The notes below the pieces were generated by a model. The model was not told the origin of the DNA. It searched no databases and was given only the letters and a program-made list of their open reading frames with translations. From contig NC_134477.1 in NCBI RefSeq assembly GCF_964194025.1, positions 12,710,001 to 12,774,000 on the forward strand: a stretch of DNA of 64,000 nucleotides, given 5' to 3'. This stretch comes from Convolutriloba macropyga. Its lineage: Eukaryota. Below, piece by piece: positions 50,001 through 61,869 of the stretch. The translations under genes were made by a program, and so were the position numbers. Position 1 is the stretch's first letter, and every line of letters starts with the position of its first letter.

Positions 50001-53000
50001 ATGAAAATTTACCTTTCCAAATTTAATCTCCCCCTATGCTGACTTAAGTGATCTCAACCTTACATTACTTCTTTCATAGACTGTTTTTATTAGGGAAATG
50101 ACTAACTTTCAGAAGAAACTTGCACTCTCCTGAATACTATCTAAAATCAATCCGGTAGAACTCCTATCGTTTCGACTCTGTACTTTTCGATAAGAATCTC
50201 CAGGCAGAAAAAAATTCTAAACAATTCGTTTAATTGGACTCACGCTAATTGCGTGACCTCCATCGATCTTATCCAGCAATACCTCTCATTTAGGCCGAGT
50301 GGCATCAAAGCAGTTTCTGCTTTCATAGGACTTTTTCATCGACTGTTTACTTTCAAATTCAATCATTACAGACCATTCCCGCGCACCTATGCAATTTGGC
50401 ACGGTGGCGCATAGAGTACGGACATGCTCGGGACAGATCATTGTAGCAGAGTCCTGTCAAGCAATGCCTCCGATTGAATTATCCAACTTCGGTAGAAGAA
50501 GTGGAACCTAGAAAGCGTCGTTCAAATGCTCGAATTAATGAAATCCGTCGCGTTTCTGTTAGATTTGCATGGTCTGCAGATGTACAAATCTGATTGTTCG
50601 TGCGGTTCAGGTTGTCTTTATATGCTGAATCCTGTTCTCTTTCTATCTTATTCCAGACCGGAAGCCCTTACTAAAAACAGCGCACTGTGTTTGAATTAAT
50701 TCTAGGCTATAAAAATTTCTCTCAGTTCAATATTGCTTATTTCCGATTACAGTCCTAATCGATGCAAACAGTATTAAATAAAACGCCTTTTCCATCAAAT
50801 CGGTTAATTTTGGTTTCTATGCCCAAATTTTTATGATTTCGAAAGATCGAAAGATGAAGGAAGTGAGGAATACGAGGCAAAAAAATAACATGGAGAGGGG
50901 ACTCAAACTCTCAGCCACGAAATTATGTGTTCCTCGACGGTGTAGATGAATCCCATATTTAGACACCCGTGAGGCATAAGGCTCTGATGGAACTCCGCAG
51001 CAACCTAATGCCCTCCGGGCATTACTGATTATCGCGCGCTTTACCTAGACGAACAGTCAAATGGTCATATAAAAAAACAGACGAAAAGTCAGTAGTATGA
51101 AAAACTTCATTAACATAGCTGGCAGATTGCCAGAAAACAGCCGCAATAGCTTCGTAGATCTGCAGTCTCAAAAAAACAGTACAAAAGACAGACCAAAAAA
51201 ATTCGTCTTTTCATTGAAGGGTGATATGTTAAATTTTGATTAAAAATCTGTATAAGTTTTTGCTGCCTCTATTAGCTGTTCTCAAATAACCTTCCTTTAG
51301 AGAGACCCACACCCATTTGACCATATCTCTTTGAATTAAAGTAAATAAAAGTCAATTTCAAAGTGAGGAAGTCATTTTTGAGAGTGAGGTAAGTCAAGTG
51401 TGACCAAAAATTTAATCACGCGCATGAACAAAAAACTCGCTCCACTAAGAGCGAAAAATGACGCCAAAAAAATCACGCCCTCTAGTTGGAATTGCAGGAA
51501 CGAATGAACAAAAAGCAGATTTGAAGTGGTTGTGACGTCATATGGTCGTAACAAAAATCGTGACGACGAAATTAAAAAACATGGCAGGACAAGTCCTGAT
51601 AAACAATTCAAAGAATTGAATGAAAACTTAGAATTACTCTACCTGACCAGCAGATGAATTCAATGATGCTAGCCAAAACACAATCGAAAACATATCAAAA
51701 AATTGAGAAACAAACAATAAAAAAAACTAAACAAATGTATAATCATTGATAAAACTTTGAAGCTTTTACCCCTAAGGCAAAATTTGATACCTTTAAATAT
51801 ACCTAAATCGAAAATTTGATCAAAACCAAATTTTGTTTCTGAGATTGGTGCAGTTTTATATCTGCAAGGCCTGAAAAAATTCATTGGCCCTTGAAGATCG
51901 GTTAACTCGAAGATTTTCAAAAATTGAAAAAATGATATCAATTGAAATTTTAATGCAATGCTGCTGAAAATCGTGATATTAATTTCTTAAGAATCATTTC
52001 CTAAGAAATGATTCTAGTGTCTCTAGAGGCTATCCAGCAAACCAATTCTAAGCCTTAAAAATTAATTGGTTCAAAGATCGATAGGCAATAATTTTTATTA
52101 AAAATTTCAAAAAACAGAAATTCGTTCCATTAAAATAATGAAAACCATCCAATTGCCCCTAGCAACTATTTAATTACATTCTATCAAACCCTGTGTGAGG
52201 TTATCTTGCTACTCAGGCAAGAAAAACTGAATAAAAGACAAATGTTTTGAAAAAAAAAACAAAAAACTTGCAAATTTAAGAAAATTTTCAAAATTCTAAA
52301 GGTTAAATTGTGGAAAACAATTCCATTGAAAGTAACAATTATGCAGTAATTTTTTGCAGAACGTGGAGTAGGTTTCCTGGCACTTAAGAATGGACAAATT
52401 CCAAAAATTAAAAAAAAAACTTTAGGAAACTTCAAATTGCAGATTTTATCCAAAAAAATGCTAAAAATCGAGACATTAAAATGTTGAAAACCACTCCATT
52501 ATTCCTAGAAACCATACAACGCCTAATTATCAAATGTTAAAGTAGATTCCCTGGCCCCTGAAGCTGGAAAAACGCAAAAAATGACAAAAATTTTCAAAAA
52601 ACTAGAAAAAAAAATGGCAAAAACTGGTACCATTTTGTGTGTTTTTGTGTTTGTAGTACCAAAACATATGGCTCATAAAATGGTCATAACAAGTACTTTT
52701 GTCTGGCAAAAGGCCTTCATCAACTATTTAAAACTTCAACCTAAGAATAATCAAGCAAAAAACTTTAAAAAATCACAAAAAACATGAAAAATTGCACCAT
52801 TTTGAGCCCAAAAACTCCTAAAAATGACCTTTTAACCTTGAATTGAGGCCATCCCAGCAGCTGCAACACTCTAAGCACTTGAAGGACTACTAACGTCCAC
52901 TTTGGGCCTTTAATGAAACTTAATGCCCGCTGGGCTTTACCTGTTTATCCCGTTTTCAAAGATCAAAGTCATTGAAAAATGTGAACACATCTTAAAAAAA

Positions 53001-53909
53001 ACAGCGCCCCAATACAATTCAAATTCTTTGAATTGTAAAAACATAGCAGGACAAGTCTTGACGTACAATTCAAAGAACTTTCATTGACTAAACAGATAAC
53101 TAGACCTTGAACGGACTAAGAATGGATTGGGAAAACCATTTAGAAAAAAATCCGATCCAAAAAATCGAAAAAAACAGTAAAAATCAAAGTGAAATTGCCG
53201 CATGTGAACAAAAAACCACTAGCGAGAAAGCGAATTTTTGTTCAAACACCGTTTTCTCACTCTAATTTAAATTTAGAGCGAAAAAATTTCACGCCGCAAA
53301 ACCACTCGCTTTTTCGCTCCACTTCCTGTTTCGGCGTGACCGAAATCACTACTCCAATTTGACTTCAAAAATCATGAAAATGTGTGAACAGATCTTAAAA
53401 AAAAGACAGCGCCCCAATACAATTCAAATTCTTTGAATTGTAATAAAAAAACCAAGAGAAGGCCAATAATAGCCCCAGCTACCGCTGTGCGGCTATTAAA
53501 AAAGACCACCAACACTAATATAATTGCGAAAACTTAAAGTAAGAGCAATTAATAAACATCTGTCGAACTGGAACAATTAGTTCATTGAAACGGTGGTTAG
53601 CACAAAATATCATTGCTTAGCACAAACTACGAAGCTAATAGAGGTTTTTATCGACCTGTTGAGAGCATTTTGTTTTAGAGATCAAGGCGGTCTGGAACAA
53701 TAATGGCCAGTTACTACCCGCCCATGGATTTCAGTCATCCTATCGATTATCCATCACAGTTCCAAAGGTCCACCATTCCAAGAAACAAATTCAACTATCA
53801 ATCAACAGCGACTGAACCGTTTTTGTTCCCGTGCGAAATTGTTCACGCAAAAACGAGGACAAAGGCAAATGCCATTCTGGAGAAGATAGCCAATTATGAG
53901 AAACTGTAG
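29059..53909 (+). CDS. Uncharacterised long coiled-coil protein, ~714 aa; join(29059..29258,33238..33349,33818..33935,37255..37503,38107..38293,38760..38894,44713..44949,45862..46039,47919..48416,53679..53909)
   Basis: Ten E/K/Q/L-rich exons (e.g. DLNALRKENVEGLERLHEQRRSELEESLDLRDEIARLENE; KLKEHYQEFRWKESELRNEINKLESKLKNKQ; QELKKRDSDIDELKERLISAEERERQL). Phases match at all nine junctions (2,0,1,1,2,2,2,0,0), total 2145 nt. Introns 2-9 are GT-AG; intron 1 fits best as GA-AG. Confidence 0.85.
29505..29965. mobile_element. Two adjacent MITE fragments: a ~32-bp subterminal tandem array (cccagacggaaagtg.ctatgtccagac) followed by a partial copy of the 19237 family
   Basis: Tandem units at 29520-29710, related to 36635-36850. 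29740-29965 has tacccaat/attgggta arms and ends aattgtcctgacac. Confidence 0.65.
30180..33003 (-). mobile_element. Helentron/HINE-like element, copy D (intron 1 of the coiled-coil gene)
   Basis: Degenerate left end (gcgttcgcacataaa...ccaaatgaggaagag); internal monomers at 30340, 30697 and 31550; conserved right block ending gttgagtatatagttcc..ccccactaaagtggggg..gaaac. Confidence 0.68.
35625..36065. mobile_element. MITE with ~52-bp near-perfect TIRs
   Basis: acgtacaactatgccgacgtaatactatgccgattataagagtgccgaaaat has its reverse complement at 36014-36065 with one mismatch. Same family as the nested element at 49494-49900. Confidence 0.85.
38456..38560 (+). repeat. 21-bp minisatellite (agcggcgaaattacaaatttt): three full units plus partial copies
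   Basis: Identical units start at 38456, 38477 and 38498; a near-complete unit at 38519 and a partial copy near 38551. Confidence 0.95.
39685..39925. repeat. Imperfect foldback (inverted repeat), likely a MITE remnant
   Basis: aacttcccg..ggaatctaaactagtctttttgatca at the left pairs with tgatcaaaaagcaagtttagattcc..cgggaaagtt at the right. Confidence 0.65.
40361..44353 (+). repeat. Head-to-tail tandem duplication of a ~2.0-kb unit (40361-42364; 42365-44353) in intron 6 of the coiled-coil gene
   Basis: Both units start tgtcaaaaaaagatgttt and end gatgagccgccaaaacgatt, and are colinear throughout. Confidence 0.95.
40634..41213. mobile_element. Foldback/Tc1-like MITE with long imperfect TIRs (second copy 42636-43206)
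   Basis: actgaacggcgaaag..agcacccc at the left and gggtgcttaattttgccgttcagt at the right; inner arms ccattgatcccctac / gtagggggatcaatgg. Confidence 0.7.
49152..49934. mobile_element. Inverted copy of the 19237 MITE, carrying a nested second MITE at ~49494-49900
   Basis: Outer ends ggtgtcaggaca.../...tgtcatgtaacc. Inner element has acgtacaactatg..gagtgccgaaa TIRs and an imperfect TSD ggt(a)ttttg. Confidence 0.75.
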
Positions 53910-54099
53910 TTTCTAAAAGAAGATTCGATTGAAGCACGTGAAAATTTCTCCGGCAGGTCATGCCCTGTACTATTTAAGGTTTTAGTTTTTTTCCACTTGT
54001 AAATTAGCGATCACTTCTGTAATGGCTCAAATGTAAACACAGTTGTCTTTGAATTAAAATTTTTTCCAACAAATGTTGAATTGAAGAATGAGACAATTA

Positions 54100-54259
54100 G
54101 GATCTTTTCCCGTTTGCCTCCCCCCCCTACGGTACGTTATGCTCCCCCTAGTTACAGAGCACGTGTCTTTACACAGTAAATCATTATATATAGGCACGTC
54201 TGGGGGTTTCAAATATGCACCCACTAATCTGGGGGTGGGGGCACAAGCGGAAAAGATCC
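54100..54259. mobile_element. ~160-bp MITE (other copies ~41946-42111 and ~43939-44106)
   Basis: TIRs ggatcttttcc / ggaaaagatcc with C-run and G-run arms; the interior tacgttat..ttacagagcacg..ggcacgt..ccactaatct is shared by the three copies. Confidence 0.7.
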
Positions 54260-55072
54260 GACAATTTTAATCTAAATTAAATGTACAAAAGTTAGTGATA
54301 GTACTCTCAAGACAAATTCATTATTAATTAGTGACCTTAGAATATCAGTCATTATTGCACCTTGACGTTTACGACTTTCCTCAAATTAAGTATATTATAT
54401 TTAATTGCAAGCTTCGAAAACATTGTATTAGCTCCCTGCTCAATTTAGTTTAACATCAAAATACTGCAACTTTCAGATTCAGGAAAATGTTTGATTTTAG
54501 AGTTAAAAGATTAGGCAATATCACGTAGGTTGCGTCCTTAACTTGATTGAATAATTAGGAACAAAATTGTGATCACAGACAAATTGCATCTAATGTAAAA
54601 ATATCAAAGCACGGCGAAGATCATTTTAATAAATAGCACTTGTGTTCTGCTCAAAAACTAAAATGAATGCTAATGATGTTACTAACTAATAGAACAGCAT
54701 TTTCCGAAGAAAAAAAATTACCGAAGATCTTAATAATCATACCAATTGTATTTTGATCTCAAAACATGAAGAGACACATTAATTGATATTCTTTCCCCGA
54801 CTCCTCCAATAATTATAGGTTCCTATGTATGATACTCTTATCAAGAAGTCGCTGGGTTTGTAAGAAAAAATCTGCATATAATTCTCTTTACTATTAATGT
54901 AATCCCAAACTCCTTCAAACGTTTTTTGTACGTTTTGTATTAAGCATTATTTATGAATCAGCAGAAAAAAGGACATGATTGCACTTGAACTTTTTAACTT
55001 ATAATCCGAAACCGAAAAATACTAGGTAAAATGAAAAAGCATAAACCTCACAGATATAATCGCAAGTAGTAA

Positions 55073-58000
55073 TTAAGAACCCATGATAGTTTTGATCATA
55101 TCGTCAAACTTGACCATGCCGTCTGAATCCTCGAGAGAGTTGAGAATAGTATCTGCCTCGTCTTCTGAGAGACGTTCTCCCAGTTTAGTCAGGATGTGTT
55201 TGAGCTCTATGCTGGAAATCCGCCCATTTCCATCCTTGTCGAAAACTTTGAAGCCCTCGTGGAAGTCGTTGGCTGTGCTGGAGACGCCTATAAAAGGGGT
55301 TAAAAGTGGGTCACAATACTTGCTGTATCACTAGGAGTCCCGTACCTCTAATGCACGCCTGTTCGTTTTTCATAGATAACATCTGTTTGCTATAGATTTT
55401 AAACATTTTTACATGCTTGTTAGATTTTAAGGTATTAAGGGTTACTTTGAGCCGAGGCTTGAATTTTTATTCGGTTCACGTATTAACAGAAAAATCTGAT
55501 TTGTCTGCGCGGCCTTTTTCTGTCCCTATTAAGCACACACAAGCAGGATTGGATAGAGAGTTTGCAAAAAGCTTGGTGTCTGCGAAACAAAGAACTCTTA
55601 CGTTGCGCTAATTGAAAAAAAAGCGTGTCATGAGTATAATTTTTCGAAATAAAAACATAACCCACTACCGTCGGGCGAATTGCTCTCAAACAACTGGCGA
55701 GCGGTTGCCTTCGTCAGAAGCTAGCTACGGTTTAGAGAGGCTAGCTTAGCTTAATTGAAGGGGTGGGGGTGAGCGCTGCGGGAGGAGCGAACGGGGGGGG
55801 GGGGGTCGAGCGCTCTGGGTTAAGGGTGGAACGATGTGCAGATGATTGGGTTGTGAGTGTTCACAGCCCCACATCAACCCTATACTACTGTGAGCTAATG
55901 TGGGGGGGGGGGGGGGTCAAACTTTATGAACAGCCCTTCGCAGCATGAACATGTCTCCAAAACAGTTTCGGTGAATTGTATTCTTAGAGTATAGTAAGGC
56001 TTAGAGCACTAAGAGAACTTAATGCCCTCCGAGCATTACCTGTTTATCCCGTTTTTGAGGACAAAGGTGTCAGACTAAAAATCGGTCAGGCAAAAAATCG
56101 CATAATTCTTTTAATTAATCAGTAGTATTGTTACACTAAGTATGCGCTTTTAGTTTTAAAAAGCGTAGCAACAATTTGCTACATATTCAACATCGTAGTT
56201 CACCGCCGAAATTAAGAAGTTTAGAGTATTGAAACTTTACCATACTAGAATCTTTGCTTCATCATAAAATAAGTCGGCCTTCCCTAGCGGGCTTGTCCTA
56301 GCGTGTCTACCTTCAATTCGGGCTTACTGTTTTGATGATAACAGAAAAACATAGCCTGCAGTTTGCCGGAATTGCTGAAAAATAAGAATTGCGAGCCGCA
56401 GAATACAGATAGAAACAGATATAGGAATAAGTTGCAAAACTTATCGAAGTCGCTTTAAAAAAGGTGTAAAAACTTCCAGCAATATAATTAGGAACGGACT
56501 ATGAATGGATTGAGAAAAATATTTAGAAAACCCATAAAAATTGAAACAACAGTAAAAATCAGGGTAAAATTGCCGCATGTGAACTAACCTTGCCACAATC
56601 AAAATATTTCAAGCGGGGAATTGGTGGGAGTTGGAGGGGTCTTTCCCATTATAGCCCCCCCCCCCCCCCCAATGAAATTATAGCACTCCCATTATGGCAT
56701 AATTACCATAATTGTGGGGGGGGGGGGGGGTTATAGGTTATCTGACCACTAAGCTGGGGGGGCTATAATGGGAAAGACCCTGAAGGAGGATAGTGTAAGC
56801 AGGGTGGTCAATGTGGGGGTGGGGTTCATAGAGGTAGGGGAATGGGGGGCGCATGAGGTAAAAAAAATGGGATTAAAAAAATTCCAATTGACCTCTTCAC
56901 CTTGAATATAACCCGTAGGTCGTAAATGCTATAAATTACACACTAGCTACTGTTAAAGTCCAATTTTCGAAAACTAAAGGCAATAATCAAAAATGGAGGT
57001 TAAAGCTCGAATAGAAAAGTCAAAATTCAAGTCTTAGACAAACTCCGCAAAAAATCGAGTATATTCTGTTTTGCAGCTCAGTGGGCTTATAACTTTTTGC
57101 CCCCTTAGGCGCACGTGTTTTTTACATAGCAAGGTCATATAACAAATAATTTGTAACTGCCGGGCATAAAAATACTTGCTAACATAAAAGATTCCAAAAA
57201 AACACAATAGGAAGACTCTAAGATTTAATTCCGTCAATAAATTAAAATTCAATGATGGGAAAACATAACCAACAATACATCTCCAAAAAGAGAAAGAGCG
57301 AGCGTGCCGTAAGTATAATTTTTCAGAACCAGCTAGCGTCGGGTAGATTGCTCTCAAACGACTGGCGAGTGGTTGGCTTCATCAGTAGCTTGCTACGGTT
57401 TAGTGACTAGCGTTAGCTTAATTAAAGGGCCAGGTGAGCGCGGCGGGAGGGGCGCACTGTGGGTGGGTTCAAGACTGATCTTATTATAAAGCAATTAAAT
57501 CAGTCTTATTTTTCCTTCAAATCCATCGTTCTTTTCGCTCAGTCGCGCTTTTCAACCAAAATAGACCGATTTCACTGCTTTTTCATCCAATAGACTGATT
57601 TTATAGCTCTACATCAACCCTATACTACTGTGAACAAATATGGGGGAGAGGTGAAGTGTGGTGGTTCAAACTCTAAGAGCCGCTTATATCTCCAAAACAG
57701 TTTGGTGAATTGCATTCTTAACTTTAACCGGGTCATACTTTGAAGACATTAATCAATAATATGCATGAATTTGAGCGTAACTAAGAAGCAGTTTTGTATT
57801 ACCGTACAAAATTAACGGCGCTCTAGGAAATTCGCGGTCACTGTTTTACTGATAACAGAATAACATGGCCGGTAGATTGCCGCAATAGCTGCGAAATAGA
57901 CTTGCGTGCCGCAGAATACATATAGAAACAGATGTAGAAATAAGTTCCAAAACTTATCGACGTAGCTTTAAAAAATGCGTGATAAACTTCCGGCAATATA

Positions 58001-61000
58001 ATTAACAATGGACTATCAATTTATTGGGAAAACCACGTAGAAAAAAAATCCGATAAGAATTACTGACACAATAGAACAAATAAGAGCAAAATTGCCGCAT
58101 GGAAAAAAACCACTAGCGAGAAAGCGAATCACCGTCTTCATTCTTAACTTAAATTTAGAGCAAAAATAGTTGACACCGCCAAACCATTTGCTTTTTCGCT
58201 CCACTTCCTGTTTCGACGTGACCAAAATCATCACTTCAATTTGACTTCAAAGATCGTAAAAAAAGAGAGAACAGATCTCAAAATGAAACAGACGTAGGAT
58301 AGCAGAAACAACTCGAAGCGTCGTACAAAAAAATCTTTAAACTAACCTTGCCACAATAAAAAAAGTCAAAAGGGGATTGGTGGGAATTGATGGAGGTGGG
58401 GGTAAGTGGGTGGGGGTGCAATGTGAGGGAAGGGTACATGGAGGGGGGTGAATGGGGAGGAGGCGCATGAGGCAGTTAAATAGGATACAAATTCTTAATT
58501 AACCTCTTCACCTTGAATATTACATTTAGGTCCCAATTGCAATATATTACAAACTAAGCCACCGTTAAAGTCCAATGTTCGAAAACAGAAGTCAATAATC
58601 CAGAACGGAGGTTAATGCTCGAATAGAAAGTTCAAAAATCAAATCATAAACAAAATTGCTTTCTGCAAAAAACAGAATATATTCTATTTTTCCCCTCCCA
58701 GCCTAATGCGCTTATATCTTTTTCTCCTCTTAGGCGCCCGCGTGTTTGTGTACATAGTCCCCTGCTATATAACAAATAAATTGTAACTGGGTGGGTAAAA
58801 AAAACTGGGTGGGGGGCAAAACATAGTAGATCCCAGGAAAAAAACTCCGGAACCGCTTCAAGTTCGACTTACACCAGAAGCAACTTACATATAAGCCAAT
58901 AAGTAACTGAAAAAACGAACACTTTCATATTAAAATTCAATTTGAAACAAAAACCGGAGGTTTCAAATTATCAAGGAAGAATAAAATTAAAAAATTTTTT
59001 AATTTCAACTCCAAAATTATTGTTTCTAATAGACTGTCTAATACGATTTAATTATGTCAATTTATATTCAATGGTGGGAAAACATAACCAACAATACATC
59101 TCCAAAAAGAGAAACAGCGACCAAAAGGAGATTTAAAGGAGAGAATCTATAAAAACCTTTAAATTTTTGAAGTTTCCTAAAATTGCGAAGTCTCAATAAC
59201 TGTTTCCAACACAACCTAAAAACAGTTCCTGGTTATTCATTGAGAACTACACGGCACCAAGATGCACTGGAAATTACATAAAAGATAAGCAAGAAGTGAA
59301 ATACTTCAAAAAACTGCAGAATTGATATAAAAAAACTATGAAAACATGTGCAATCAAAAATTTAATTAATTTCATTTAGTAACAAAAAAACTAGCATCAA
59401 CCTTCATTAAACGATTAAACATGGAATAAATAACCTGAAAGGCGAAAACCGGAAGAATTAGGCATAAAAATTAGGCACAAACTTAAATTGATATTTATCA
59501 AATCAAAAGGCAACGAATAACAACATAAAAACATAATAATCCCTCTACAAAACTACCCCACTCACTAAAAACGCGAAATCACAAAAATGGCTCAAGATTG
59601 CATATAAAACTTTAATATATAATTGATACGATTAAAAACTCTCCAAAGTTTACATTTACTTTGATATGGTTTAGAAAAACCACTTTACCCGGTAAAGTAC
59701 AGTTAAAACTAAAAAACTGCTTCGAAAAAGCCGCACACGGTCATAAATTTCTCTCGCTTAGCAAAATTCTTACTTTTCACGCCTACTTTTCTTCCGTTTT
59801 GCCTGAACACTTAGTTTTCACGGGCGGCATTAACTTCTACATCCTGTTTTTAAAAAATCGATTAACATAGCTGGCAGATTGCCAGAAAATAGCCGCAATA
59901 GATCGTAGATTTTCAGTCTCAAAAATCAGTAAGACAGACCAAAAAAATTCGTCTTTTCATTGAAGGCTGATCTGTTATACTTTGATTTAAAAAATCTGTA
60001 TAAGTTAATGCTGCCTCTAGTAGCTGATCTCAAATAACCTTCATTCAGAGTGACACACACCCATTTGACCTTATCTCTTTGAATTAAAGTAAATAAAAGT
60101 CAATTTCAAAGTGAGGAAGTCATTTTTGAGAGTGAGGTAAGTCAAGTGTGACCAAAAAATTAATCATGCGAATAAACAAAAAAACTCGTTCCACTTAGAG
60201 CGAAAAATGACGTCACGCATGCAATTCAGTTGAAATTGCATGAACGAATGAACAAATAGTGGCTGTGACGTCATATGGTCGTAACAAAAATCTTGACGAC
60301 GAAATAAAAAACATAGCAGGACAAGTCCTGACGTACAATTCAAAGAATTTTCATTGACTAAACAGAGAACTAGACCTAGAACGGACTATGAATGGATTAG
60401 AAAAACCATTTAGAAAAAATCCGATCCAAAAAATCGAAAAAACCGTAAAAATCAAAGTGAAATTGCCGCATGTGAACAAAAAACCACTAGCGAGAAAGCG
60501 AATTTTTGTTCAAACACCGTTTTCTCACTCTACTTTAAATTTAGAGCGAAAAAAATTCACGCCGCAAAACCACTCGCTTTTTCGCTCCACTTCCTGTTTC
60601 GGCGTGACCGAAATCACTACTCCAATTTGACTTCAAAAATCATGAAAATGTGTGAACAGATCTTAAAAAAAGACAGCGCCCCAATACAATTCAAATTCTT
60701 TGAATTGTAATAAAAAACCAAGAGAAGGCCAATAATAGCCCTAGCTATCGCTGTGCGGCTATTAAAAAAAGGCTCTACCAATACTCTCTCGGAGTCGTAA
60801 AAAGACAGTGCCCCAATACAGTTCAAATTCTTATTCAAATTGTTATTAAGTAAATGGTTAAGTCAGAACTCTAGTTGAAAAACTCTAGATAACACTAGAT
60901 GCTTGTTCTTTAAACAAATTTGTAACACGAAAATTTTGATAACTTAACCTCGTGATAAATCAAACAATACGTAAGCGTTACATTACAATTCTAACCTTTA

Positions 61001-61230
61001 TCCTTCAATGACAAGTACATAGGGATAAACTGCTCAAATGTCAGCCTCCTTGTAGGGTCCTGCTTGAACCCTGACACTCGATCTACGTCATACTCTGTTG
61101 GGTTCAGGCCGAGTGATCTCGCGAGGGCCCCAACACTCTTGGCCTCAATTCGCCCGTCTCCCATTCTGTCAAACAGGTGGAACGAATCACGGAACTCAGC
61201 CATTTGATCATCACCCAAAGCAGCTGGCAT
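55073..61230 (-). CDS. MYL6: Myosin essential (alkali) light chain, MYL6/Mlc-c-like, 149 aa; complement(join(55073..55287,60996..61230)). Symbol is family-level.
   Basis: MPAALGDDQMAEFRDSFHLFDRMGDGRIEAKSVGALARSLGLNPTEYDV...RLTFEQFIPMYLSLKDK|GVSSTANDFHEGFKVFDKDGNGRISSIELKHILTKLGERLSEDEADTILNSLEDSDGMVKFDDMIKTIMGS*. ELC motifs FDRxGDGxI, RxLGxNPT, FEQFxP and DFxEGFKVFDK are present. The intron is phase 1, GT(60995)-AG(55288). A further acceptor (ttttttcag) lies 17 nt upstream of the ATG. Confidence 0.95.
55650..59115 (+). repeat. Diverged ~1.7-kb tandem duplication in the MLC intron (~55650-57295; ~57325-59115)
   Basis: Colinear anchors: attgctctcaaac (55679/57347), acatcaaccctatactactgtga (55871/57611), aactaaccttgccacaat (56582/58340), acctcttcaccttgaatat (56891/58502), aaaacataaccaacaatacatctccaaaaagagaaa (57260/59079). 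Confidence 0.85.
56637..56780. mobile_element. 144-bp palindromic MITE in the MLC intron
   Basis: TIR gggtctttcccattatagccccc / gggggctataatgggaaagaccc. Absent from the paralogous site (~58375-58400) of the tandem duplicate. A related degenerate copy lies at ~6560-6689. Confidence 0.8.
59861..60770 (+). repeat. Dispersed ~900-bp repeat; second copy split into 51109-51618 and 53036-53502; inverted fragment at ~2070-2195
   Basis: 60307-60770 is near-identical to 53036-53502, and 59861-60348 matches 51109-51618. Ends in an aatagcc..ggctatt hairpin followed by an A-run. Confidence 0.9.
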
Positions 61231-61869
61231 CTTGTACAAAGATTTATCTGAAAAAATTAAAAGAGGAATTTAATCGATACTTTTTCAAAACAGATGAAAA
61301 GGAGAGTCTGTATTGTGCGTTCGCACGGAGTGTTCCATTAAATGTAAACATTTCATCACATCCCAAAAATGAACATAAACCCTGTATTTGATCAAAAGTC
61401 AAAGTGTATGCTTTTTCAATTTTATTATCATTAGAAAAACTTTGTTGACTGGAAATGACTCTCCTCGAAGCAGAACTAAAATAAAAAATCGTATTTTTTT
61501 TCGAAAATGAGCTTGCGAAAAATTTTATCATGTTTTTATATTTCCCATTTAGAACTCAACACATTGAATGAATTTCTTAGTTTCATGATAAGAGTGCGGG
61601 CAATGGTTTTTGAGAACATGGAGCGTGCAAGACAATAGCAACTATTCGAAGCAACTTAGAGGCAAAATCAAGCGTGAACAAATTGCAGCAAAAAGCCCGT
61701 CAAAAATTTTGCTCTGCTTCAACCCATTAACCTTGACTGTTGCAACCAAAGCTAGCTAAAAAAAAACATTTTGAGAGTGAGAACGTCAGTAAAAAAGTGA
61801 GGGTACTCATGTGCGACAAAACTTGTGTCGCGCAAATGAAGACACAACTAACTCCAATTATAGTTCGAA

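Noticed and set aside
50100-50700. Possible LINE 3' fragment on the minus strand (RFLGS...)
   Set aside because: No diagnostic RT motif recovered.
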